NCBI RefSeq assembly: GCF_021028975.2
Contig: NC_059430.1
Coordinates: forward strand, 63,240,001-63,304,000
Length of the DNA stretch: 64,000 bases
Direction of reading: 5' to 3'
From: Sphaerodactylus townsendi
Taxonomy: Eukaryota
Shown here: in pieces, positions 53,126-64,000 of the stretch
How the letters are laid out: the number at the start of each line of letters is the position of its first letter
Position numbering within the stretch: the stretch's first letter is position 1
The notes under the pieces: generated by a model
Seen by the model: only the letters and a program-made list of their open reading frames with translations
Database searches by the model: none
Told to the model about the DNA's origin: nothing
Position numbers and translations under genes: made by a program

Positions 53126-53687
53126 ACTGGAAGACTTTTCAGTTAAAATTCTACCTTAATTAGAGTCTGGATTTGAATTGACTCTCAAGCCAATTTCAAG
53201 AGGACTTGTAAAACCACTGCCACAAAAAAGGCATAATCCAATGCCACAATTATGACCCTTCCATGTATGAAGAACAAGACAGCTGTGGATTTTTTTCGGA
53301 GGACTGCAGCATAACCTTTTCCCTTTCTATACAGAACTGGTTCTGCAGGGCTTCTAAAAACAACATGCCCACATGGGATATGTAGGTTGTGAGATATTTC
53401 AAGGCAGGAAGACTTTGCCCTACTGTAAGTGGTTGGGCACATTACAGCATACCTGGCATTACAGCAGTACTGCAGGTACATTGTAGGAAGAGAAAAAGTT
53501 ATGATGCAACTGTATATGGAGTCCCGCTGTTGGAGCACGGTTTAATTGGTTGGTATATTAAGTTGGGGCAAACTCTTATTCCCATCTATAATTGTAACTG
53601 ATCATATTACAACAAAACATGGCCTGTACTTTGAAGAAGTACTTCTAATCAAAGTCATAAATATGAGAGTTTGAACCATATTTCTTA

Positions 53688-53959
53688 TTAAATATTAGTT
53701 TCTCGTTCTGACAGACTGTCTTGCGATTTGCTAGAGCTGTTGATTGCTTCTTCACTTTCTTTGAAGGTCAAAGGTTCTACTTCCTTTGAATCGGCATTCT
53801 TTAGTGCCCTTTGCCTTTCTTCTTCTACTTTTTTCTCCCTTGCTAAAAGCCTGTAATTAATGGCATTCCCAATGAATAGCCAGATGCTTGCGATGATCAC
53901 AATTACTCCACAGACAAAATACATATACTGGTAATTTCCAGTTATGTCCACAAGCAAAC
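53688..53959 (-). CDS. SLC16A7: Monocarboxylate transporter 2, last coding exon with stop
   Basis: (G)[17 protein letters not shown]...SLSERETNI*. The C-terminal SERETNI matches MCT2 rather than MCT1. Acceptor tctttcag|GT, in phase with the upstream exon. Confidence 0.95.
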
Positions 53960-54168
53960 CTGAAAGATACAAAAGAACATGATCAGATTATCTTTAGGAC
54001 ACGCACAGACACACACACACACATTTACAGAAAAGGTCCCTCCGAGATTTTAACTTTTGTAGCTAGGTTCCTTATAGAAACTTTGAAATGATTACCTGCG
54101 ATGGTTCTCATGTATGGGATACTTGTTTGGAGAATGTTGGCTGTTATATGGATTCTATGCCTAATAAA

Positions 54169-54172
<4 letters not shown>

Positions 54173-54216
<44 letters not shown>

Positions 54217-54232
54217 CCATAATATATATATA
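54173..54232. repeat. (TA)n microsatellite in the last SLC16A7 intron
   Basis: Directly visible. A short (CA)n lies at ~54001-54022. Confidence 0.95.
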
Positions 54233-57103
54233 CACAGAAAATGTAAAATAAGCTCTAAATTGATTTATCAATAAGCTTCACGTTTTATATTTATAATACT
54301 GTAAAAAATTGTTTATAATTTTGGTTGTGGGTGAGTTGTTTCAAAATAAAAATGGGATTTGACATTGTACTGTATTTTTTCTTTTTGAAATAAAAATATC
54401 GCTGATTTAAATAAAGTTCTAAATTATGTAAGGGTATTACTAATAGTTGGTTCATAACTATTCACTTAAGTAGTTTAATGTGAAAGAAGCATACTTATTT
54501 AACACACAGCATTAAATTTCTCATTCCTTTCACCTCAGCCAACAGATGCTGTTATTCTGCTCTGTTGATACTTTCACAAGCAGCTATTTGTGAAATGAAT
54601 TATGGTTCCAAATTAGTTCTAGAAGCATATTACTATCACACTAACAATTAAAATAACTAATAACTTAAGGTAAATAGAAGACCAGTTTATGATCTCCCCA
54701 TATTCAGTGGGGTGACTGTATCATTAATCAGTCCATCAAAAGAACTATACTGTTGTAAACGCCATGTGAATCTCACAGCACTGATTAGTAGTGCAAGATT
54801 GAAAAACAGCACCATCCTAAATAGAGTTTACACACACTTTTCTCACACCTTAGACAGACCGGTTCATTTTTTAGATGAGAGATCTATTTTTGTTGTGCCT
54901 CTAAAATTGCCTTGAGAATTATTACATAATTTATTATTATATATATCATTTATACAATATAATATATAGTTATTACATAATACTATTATATAATAATTAT
55001 ATAATAATATAATTATTGTTTCTCTTTAGAAACAAAAGTGGCAACCTCCCTTGTCGTTGGAGTTAAGTCTACTTTGTGTACCCCACATAGTATTTTCTCC
55101 AAATATGGACTGTACAGTCCCCTTGTTCAGCAAACCAGGTTTGAGAAATGCATTTCAAACTAGTTGTTTGTTTCAAAACTAAGCAACAAAATTAAAAGCC
55201 TATTAGAAACTATTTTATAGGAAATCATGTTTGAGGGGCTGGTAATTATTAAATTATGAGATAGTTCAATCCACTAGGTGGCATACTGAGAGCATGACTA
55301 ATCAGTTTTTATTTGGAAGGAAAAGCTATTTATTCTATTTAACCATGTTTATTCAACGCTTTGTTTAATGATTCCCTTCTCAAAAGTTAAAGTAGTACAC
55401 ATTAGTGCCCCAGTTTTTAAACATGTGTTCATTTGCTACACTTTGACCCTGCAAGTAATGGTAATAACAAGAGCTGAACTGATGTCTTGATGAACTCTAA
55501 TGAAGTATTTACACCACTCTTACCTCTAGTTCAGAAATTCAGCCAAGAAAGCTGGTACTACAGGTTTGCTGAAGTATATGACACTTCAGAACAAAATTAA
55601 TTTCACTGGCACTTCTGACCAGACAGAACCTTCTCTTATCTCACTGAAAGATTCTACAACAATTACTTGAGTAGGAGATTTTCTCCAGTATGCACAATAT
55701 ACTTATTCACAATAGCACAATATACTTATTCAACAGCTGCAAAAAAAAATCAAGATAGACCCAGGAAAACACAATGCTGACTAACTCAGAGAATGGCTCA
55801 ACAAGGATATTTAGGGACTATAGTTGATATGGGGGGTGTATATTCAGTAAAACAAAGCCAACCCCCCCCCCCCTCCGAAAAATATCTTACTGGTATTTTT
55901 CAGCAGTTTTTCAGTTCCCCAAAATAGTAATTCAAATAGAAGCTGGCAAATCTCAAAACAATGGAGGATGGATGGTGGCACCCTTTTGAGGGGTCCATAA
56001 AATTGGATCCTCTGACCCAATCTTTACTATGCTTATGGGTTCTTCTTCTAATGGGAGTCACCAGCAGCTATGCTGAAAAATCTGATGCCTCTACTAAAGC
56101 CCTGGAAAGATTTCCTACAGGCTATAATGGAGCTATTCCTCCCCTCCCCTCCTCCAGATTTCTGGGGACAAAACCAGTACTGGTATGGGAATTCTGGAAT
56201 ATTTAGCTCCAATATAGCCAAATATTATTGTTTTATTTAAGAAAATGTTTTTGTACAACCTTAGTCAAGATGAGCAAAGATAATGTGGCTATTTCAGAAG
56301 GAATCAAAGCAACATGGTTTGGTTTGAGAATAAAATCTCAGAATTAAACCAATTTTTCTTTGGTGATCTGCATTTACTGTTCAGCACACTCACAAACACA
56401 TACACGTGAAATTTGTCAAACTTTATGGCCTTCCGATATCTTATTGGTTTCAAGTGCCATTGTCTGAGACTGATACAATACCAGTATATACTCTGTAACA
56501 ATCTCTAGACTTTCAAATTTGAAGTGTTAACCATTGGAGCAGTTACAGTGATCGAAGTGAAAAGTTCTTTTGCCTAAGGACAGGGGCTAAATTCTGGAAT
56601 TCTGAGAGAGCATACAAAGCTGGGTAGATTTTAAGTATGTAGCTTAAAGAAGGCAGGGAATTAAGGTTAGGGCAACCTGAGGTGAAAGCAGAGATGTGAG
56701 ATTAGAGGAAGGCTGTGTACCGTTTGCCTAAATGCAGCTGATGAGTGTGATGATAGCATGCTGATAGCAGTGCAGTTTAGGCAAATTGAGGAATAGAATG
56801 TAAGGGAAACATTAAGGTAGTGAATGTTAGAAACCTGAATGACAGAGAGACAGAGTTTGAGGTTCAAGAAAGACTGAAAAAACTCTTCAAAATCACTACA
56901 AGCTGGAAGAACTAACATTGGTCAAAAAGAAAGGTATAGAAAAAGATGCTTTAAGTTCAGGAGGGAATGGGTTGTAGTGCAGAAAACAGGAGAATATGGA
57001 TCTGATTGATGTGAATAGGAGTGAAATTTTCCAGGCTGCAAACAACTGGCTGCAAGTTTCTAAAACCAATAACATACATCAAATATAAAATCATCATACT
57101 TAC

Positions 57104-57916
57104 CTCCTAAAGGAGGGCCTAAAAGAACTGGACAGCACTCCACAATTGTAACAAGTCCTACAGCACTGGAGAATCTTGTGGCTCCAACGAGATCCATCAA
57201 TGTTTCAAAAAGGACGCTGCTTACCATACCAAATGCAAGTCCAAAGAATACAGCATATACAACCAGGCCAGTATAGTCTTTGGCCAGTGGGCACATGACG
57301 TGGCAGACCCCATTGTACATGACAGCAAAACAAAAGAAATATTGGATTTTTGGCCGGATGTATTTTGAATTTGCAATTAGACCCATTGATGGTCTAGCAA
57401 ACATATCTACAAAAGCCAGGATAGAGAGTAAAAAAGCCGCTGAGTACTCATCAATCCCCTTGTGTTTAGCATAAGGAGCCAGGAATACAATTGGGGCAAA
57501 GAAGCCAAGGAACATGATAACATTCCCAGACAAATAAATGAGAAACCCTCTGTGTTTGAAAAGGGATAAATCTAAGTATTTGTTGATAGTTTGCCAAGCA
57601 GATTTCTTGTCATTTTTGTGCAAAGCAGAGTCTCCTTTTCCTTTTTCCACATCTTTTTTTGTTGCAGGTGGTGGTTTTGGTCCAACAGGCCTCATAAGTG
57701 ACCCAGCCACACAGCAGTTCAAGAGCAGGCCTCCCAAAATGAGAAAGCTTCCCTTCCAGCCAAAAACATTAAAAAGATACTGATTAAGAGGTGCCAGAGT
57801 ACTTAGAAATACAGGACTTCCAGCCATGGCCAATCCATTAGCAAGGGGACGCTTTTTATAAAAATACTTGCCGATCATTGTCAAGGCAGGCTGCAAGTTG
57901 AAAGCTAAGCCAAAAC
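57104..57916 (-). CDS. SLC16A7: Monocarboxylate transporter 2, large central coding exon (813 bp)
   Basis: Within ORF 57060..57986: [35 protein letters not shown]...[10 protein letters not shown]...[23 protein letters not shown]. The TM8 Asp/Arg pair of proton-coupled MCTs is intact. Acceptor ttctttag|GT, donor G|gtaagt; length divisible by 3. Confidence 0.97.
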
Positions 57917-59179
57917 CTAAAGAACAGCAAAGAGGACACAGCATTACTACATTCAATACATACAGTCTTTCTGTATAATCAAGCAAAAATTATTTTTCCA
58001 CTCAAACCCAACATGTCACACAGTAATTCCCAAGGCAGGTAAAAGAACCCATCAGCACTGGCAAATAAACTCAAACGTTCATTGCTTTGCATGTCTTTTA
58101 ACACCACTGATACACCACATAAAATTTCTGTCATTTCCCTCTATTGCAGTACAATAAAGCAAAAACTTTAGCTATGTTTTATAGACAACAGAATGATGGG
58201 GGAACAATGATATCAAGACCTTGAGCACACTGTTTCTGCATTTTACTAAGTCATAATCCAATTTGTTCTTGGTTCACTTCACAGAAGTTTTCAAATGTCA
58301 CCTTTCAATCCTCTATCTTTGGCTTAATTTAGAACTGAATAGGTACATATAAAGCAATATTTAAAATGTCTAACATACATGGACCGCTACATAGAAAATA
58401 CTGTCCTCACATGTATCACTACAGCTTGAGATTCCCCATGGAGTAAAAGCTTAGATAGACATTTCAACTAGTCTCTTGCTTTGTGCAGAGACTAGGATCC
58501 CTGCAGCAGAATGTAAGGAATTCGCTTATTTTAGTTGTTGAACTATTGGTTTTAAAGTTAGTATTATATAGTTTTATTTTATTGCAGTTTTATATTTACT
58601 TGATTTTATATGATGGAAGCTGGTCTGAGCCTGCAAGAGGAAGGGCAACGTACAAATATAATAGTAAATAAATAAATATACATCCAACCATATGCCTTTG
58701 GTAATCATACAGCCAAGTTGTATTAGCTAACACAAGGGAATTAGCCCTCATCCTTCCATGTTATCTCAGGAAGGATTCTTTTCCCCTTCCTCTATGGATA
58801 CTACCTTTTCTATTTCTGAAATGAAATTGTATTCATGCATCAATTGCACCATCGCTTAATTAAGACCTGGAATACTCTTTTACATGGTCTGTTGAACTGC
58901 AAAGTCTGTAATGTGATGACACTGCAAAATATACTAATGCAAGTGTGGGGGGAATTTATTTCTTAAAGCTACAGGCACTACTTCTATTATGGGGGGTGCA
59001 ATCTTGCATTTTTTATTTGAGGGTATTTTCAAGTTTGTTGAAAGATATGTTAATGGCTACATTCTCCAGATTTAAGTAACCATGGATTTGTCCCCATTGA
59101 GAATTAGATATATTAAATTATTTTAGGATTATTTTAGGAATTATTTTAGTTGAAACACAACTTCCAAATCCTGAGAAAC

Positions 59180-59630
59180 AGTAGTTGTGCTCTATTCTGC
59201 ATTGATTAGACTGCATCTGGAGGACCATGTTCAGAACTAGGTATCACACTTAAAGAAGACTGTAGACAAAATGGAAAAGGGTCAAGGGAAGGCAACCTAG
59301 GTGGTCGGGTATGGAAAATAAGTTATTTGAGGAGAAGTAGATTGACCTAGGTGCTTTTGGCCTGGAAATGAGAAGACTGGGTCATGATAGTGTTCATCAA
59401 ATACCCTAAGGGTTATCTTATAAGGATTTGTTCTCATCTGCTCTAGAGAGTAAGACTAGATCTGATGGACTTAAGTTACAGGAGGATAGATTTTCACTGA
59501 ACATGAAGAGAAATGAAACCAATAAGGGAACAAAGTATCAGGAAGTGTGGTGGAATCTTTCTCTAGATCTATCAAGCAGAGGCTGGAGAGCCATATTTTA
59601 GGAATGCTGTAATGTGAATATCCTGCATGG
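59180..59630 (+). mobile_element. Old CR1 3' fragment (intronic, antisense to SLC16A7)
   Basis: Decayed match to the CR1 C-terminal region (CATCTGGAG..CATGTTCAG, GAGAAGACTG, AAGCAGAGGCTGGA). Confidence 0.6.
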
Positions 59631-61098
59631 AGAAGGGGCTGGAACTCTACAATCATATGATATAGGTTTCAGTTCATACTTGGTGCTGAAACTTTGTTTT
59701 GGACCAAGTCATATCTTTTTATCGAACCTACTTCTCAAAATTGTTGAGAATTCACAAAATTGGAAAGTAAGCTACTCACCAGTTTGGTTGTGTTTTTATG
59801 TTCTGAATGTTCTGATATGCCTAAGATATACGTAAATATGTTTATTGTTTCCTAATCCATTGCAGGCCCTGTTCACATAATCACTAAGAATATGGCACTG
59901 CAGATTGTTAAGTGACTGCCATCAGGAGCAAAAAAAATTCTCAATCTGTGTCGACCTCAATATTGTATTGAGATTCACATAAGGCTCACCACCGTAGCTG
60001 AAATTGGTGTGGCCTGCAAGATAAAACAGCTATCTGAGCTAATGAAGAGACCATTACTAGGAACTGGAACGGCATTGGATATGCCAGATCATTTAGACAT
60101 TTAGTCAAGGTACGAAAATGGCAGTTGTATTTTGTGTTGATCACTGTGACATAAATTAGGTTTTCATGCTTCCATGTGTAGGAAGAATTTGGAAAGTTAA
60201 TGTAAGCTGCCTCATGTGAAAGCTCATGAGATATTTGAAATGGCACCCATGGCATTAAACTCATAATCTAATCATCTGGTTGGAAGTTGGCAGTTGATGA
60301 TGACTAAGGCTGGTTCAAACATACAAATTCACTTTAATGTCTCACCATTTGATGATTCCATAAAGCAGCTGAATATGTGAACACACAGTGTTGGAAGGTT
60401 TTGTTTGACTAGATATGAAGAGTCTACCCGTAATATTAGATTCATGACGTCTCATTCTCAAGTTGTCCTCTGGATATGCAGATATAAAATAGCTGCACAA
60501 TTGTGCTGAAGTTATGACCTGAGAACCTCATCCTTCAGCTTCAAGACATCATTTCACAGTTAATGCCTATTTAGTCACTCTGGAAATGTTGCCTGTAGAA
60601 CAGCATCCCATTAGATAGGGCTCCCCCATGAAAATTCTTCTATAAGTTTCGCTATGAGTACACTTCTAACAAGAGAAGAGGCAACTGGGACTTTAATCAG
60701 AGTTTTCATTCCTTCTGCATCAGTACTTTGCAACTAACATTGGCAGAATGATATGATTAAAGGTTAAAAGAACTGATACAGAAATGCAGCACAAAATGGC
60801 TATAATAAATTGTCATGAGCCAATCAATTCCTGTGCTGTAATTACTGTGCAGTACAGAAAGGATTATGTAAAGAGCATATGCCTCAAGTAGAATTACCAT
60901 AAAAGAATAAGAAATTCAAACTATCTCCAGAGCATTTAAAGACCTAGCAATATAATTTTAAAGGAGAATTAAAACTGAAGAGTCTGGTTAGGGGTTTTAC
61001 AGTGCAATTCTAAGCACCGCACTACTAAGAATACTGAAGTCAGAGGACTTAAAAGGGTGTGTCTCTGCTTGGGACAGTACTGTGAATCAGTGACTTAC

Positions 61099-61242
61099 CT
61101 CCAATAACACCTATGCATATGTAAAGCTCCAGGACACTACTGCAGAAAGAAGAGGCAATCATTCCAAAGGAGCAGAGGATTCCTCCAGCTATCATAACTG
61201 ACCTGCTTCCATATCTGTTCACCAAGACACTGCTTAAGGGGC
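61099..61242 (-). CDS. SLC16A7: Monocarboxylate transporter 2, internal coding exon (144 bp)
   Basis: Not in the ORF track; read manually as (G)PLSSVLVNRYGSRSVMIAGGILCSFGMIASSFCSSVLELYICIGVIG, the typical MCT TM2-TM4 segment. Acceptor is ...ttccattcag and donor is G|gtaagt; phase 1 at both ends. Confidence 0.95.
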
Positions 61243-62180
61243 CTGAATGGAAAAAAAGACGTCGTCAATTCTGAAGCCATAAGGGACTAGAAGTACTTTC
61301 AGTGACCAAAAAAACCTTGGCCTCTTCTGCACAGGCCAATAAACCCAGGCTGGGGATGGGGAAAAAGGACCTAAAGCAAGGCTGCCCTCCACCCCAAAAG
61401 GGTTATTGGAGAATCGTGCTATCCATAATTCTCATTTTAATGGGTTTTGCAACCACTCACAAGAAAACAGCTGCCCCGGGAAGCGCTTTACTCAGCTGCG
61501 CTTCCTAGGTTATAACAGTTCCCACCCGCAGCCTTCCAGTGGCGGGAGATACACTTTTTAAAAGTTGTGCTTCTGTGTGAAGCCATGATGGCAGCCCACA
61601 ATGCATCCATGGGCTCCACTGTTTGCATGGAGGCATGTGAATGCAGAAACAGGGGAGCAGGTTCTACTTTATCCTGCCTACAATCTGCTCTCCTTGTGCT
61701 GTGTGGAAGACACCCTTATGCTGAGTCTTATACAGATCTGTACATAGGCAAATAAAAAGCTTCCTAATACTGAATGCAATTCAGTCCCCCCCTCACTCCT
61801 TGACAGAAGAATGTTTCTCCAGTAGCTAAATAGAAATAAATATATAAAACAATATCTAAACATAGAAAATAGATTGTATCACACTATAAATTTACCTTTG
61901 TGCCCTGCCTTTCAACCTCTGTGTACAACAAGACTGGGCCAACTGAGCATTACACATGCTATTTTTAGTGTGCTTATATCCAATCATCTTCTAGAGTGTG
62001 CTTGTATCTTAATCATCTTCTAATCATCTTCCCTCATGTAGGTAGGAACTTGGTACAAATGTATCTCCAGATGATGTAATAAGATTATTATTCAAGTGGA
62101 TCATTTGAAGTGTATCAGAAATTATATGTACTTGCTTATTTTAACTATTTCATTCACTGTGCAATTCAAAGGGGGTAGGG

Positions 62181-62592
62181 CAGTGGTGGCAAACCATGGC
62201 ACGGATGCCAGAGGTGGCACTCAGAGCCCTCTCTGTGGGCACGCATGCCCAGAGTTTATCATGTGGGGGGGGAGGAAAATCACCCCCCCACACACACACA
62301 CACACATCTAGGCTGGCCTGGGCACGATCCTCTGCCTGGGAGTAAGTTCGGTTGCTGGCAATGGGTCTTGCTTCTGAGTAAACCCTCCTAGGGTTGTGAT
62401 TCACCCATTCGAAGTGTTGCACAGTTGCTTCACCAAGCTTACTCCTGAGTAATGCGCACCTCGGAGCCAACCTTTTTTCTAAAGTAAAACCTCAGTCTTC
62501 AGGTTAAATTGCCATGTTGGTACTTTGCGATAAATAAGTGGGTTTTGGGTTGCAATTTGGGCACTCAGTCTCGAAAAGGTTCACCATCACTG
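62181..62592. mobile_element. hAT MITE in an SLC16A7 intron
   Basis: TIR CAGTGGTGGCAAACC / GGTTCACCATCACTG, with an exact 8-bp TSD GGGTAGGG. The termini are related to 39627-39774. Confidence 0.9.
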
Positions 62593-64000
62593 GGGTAGGG
62601 AAACCACATTGGAAGCATTGCCATCAGCTCCACAAAAAGGGGCATGGACACTGATAAAGAGGAATTTAAATTAGTGTCATGCAGGTCCACAGCACCTGAA
62701 TCTACACCATGGACCAGTACTCCTTCGCTGAAGGAGGCTGCATGAGCATGGGGGGAGTGTTCTGGGGGCGTTCCAGGAGTAGAGTTTGGTTCCAGGAGAG
62801 TTTCAGCCTGGGAACGGCCCTTTCTGCAGCACAAACTTATGCCAAAAAGGGTGGCATAAGTTGTTTGCCTCAATGGGGCTTTTCAGTGTCGTTTGGGCTT
62901 TTTTGTTTTCTTTTCCTGCTGGCCATACCACCGAAAGCCTCTTTGAAGGCAGTATAGCAGTACCATACTGAAACCCCAAGTGCCTAGAGTGACCTTTGTT
63001 GCCCATCCACCTGACACAAATAATGTTCCTGCTTAAGGCTGAGAGCTAGACTGAAATCATGCAACATAATGTCATTTCACTTTTCAATTTATAAAACGGT
63101 GCAGTGATATTTTATTGAGATGAGGTACCTTTAAGAATTGGTATATGCATATAAACTGTGAAAATGTATGGTGTTTCAAAGAAAGTTGAGATGCCGTTCT
63201 TATTTCAATCAATATTAAGTTTTCGTTCATATACAACAAGTATTGTCAGCATGTTCTACATCTTTATACTAACAGACAAGTTAAACAAACCAGAGAACAC
63301 TTAAATCTGGTGACTGGAACTGCAATACCTTTCTACAAACCTGAAAGAGGCCCCAGGTTTGCAGAAAAATCTGAAATCTTTAAAAAAAATGGAGGGGAGA
63401 TTTAAAAATGCTAAAATAATAAAAGGAATGACTGTAGCTTTAAGCAATAGATTCCGTCAGTGACTGTTGCTAGGCAACCACATTCCATGCTGGGTTTCTG
63501 TGTGTAAAATGGCATGGGGAGATGACAGGGTCCTTTCCAGGCCTATTTTCGTCTTTGAGGGAGAACTCATTGAGGTCCAGGCATTACTAGGTTTGCCATC
63601 TCCAGGTTAGGAAATTCCTGGAGATTTATGATGAAGTCTGAGGAAGGCAGGGTTTGGGGGAAGCCCAGCAGAGTAACATATATTCCTTCCTCCAAAGCAG
63701 TGATTTTCTCCAGGGGGACAGATCTCTGTTGTCTGGATTTCAGTTTTAATTCTGGGGGATCTTTAGGTTCTACCTTGACAACCCTAGGCCTGGTAGCAAC
63801 CTCTGGGTGATGATACCACCTGATCAAAATGACTCAACTAGGCCTGGCAATTTCCTGCTATTCAACAGCAGCCACCCTATGAAATCTAGTGTGGTGTAAC
63901 AATTAGAAATGCAGAACAGAATCTGCAAGACCTAGGACCAAATTCCCACCTTGATTTGGAAGTTCACTAGCTTAACCTGCCTCACAGGGCTGTTGTGCAG

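Noticed and set aside
57917-57986. ORF-track N-terminus MLDYTERL... (and the KYDDF... end at 57060-57103) as part of MCT2
   Set aside because: Intronic read-through beyond the canonical splice sites.
53688-61242. Assignment as SLC16A1 (MCT1)
   Set aside because: The short central loop, the VDMFARPS motif and the SERETNI terminus fit MCT2 better.

Overview
Vertebrate genomic DNA, most likely a squamate reptile and probably a gecko. This is inferred from the repeat mix: CR1, L2 and RTE LINEs, MIR/Ther1-like and 5S-headed SINEs, and hAT- and Harbinger-type MITEs. The only recognisable host gene is the monocarboxylate transporter SLC16A7 (MCT2) on the minus strand. Its last three coding exons are 61099-61242, 57104-57916 and 53688-53959, with canonical GT/AG sites and consistent phase-1 junctions; the start-codon exon lies beyond 64000. 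About 1-41.5 kb is transposon-rich downstream intergenic sequence, including a near full-length CR1, a solo LTR with a TSD, many MITEs and a ~200-N gap. About 42-53.7 kb is LINE-poor and AT-rich and may be a very long 3' UTR. I found no convincing new protein-coding system, and most short ORFs in the track are repeat-derived or random. The most notable unexplained patterns are: four pairs of spaced 65-100 bp direct duplications, one bracketing an L2 like a giant TSD; a modular hairpin-rich MITE body found with different termini; a full-length CR1 whose damage looks like sequencing error; and fold-back elements within the putative long 3' UTR.
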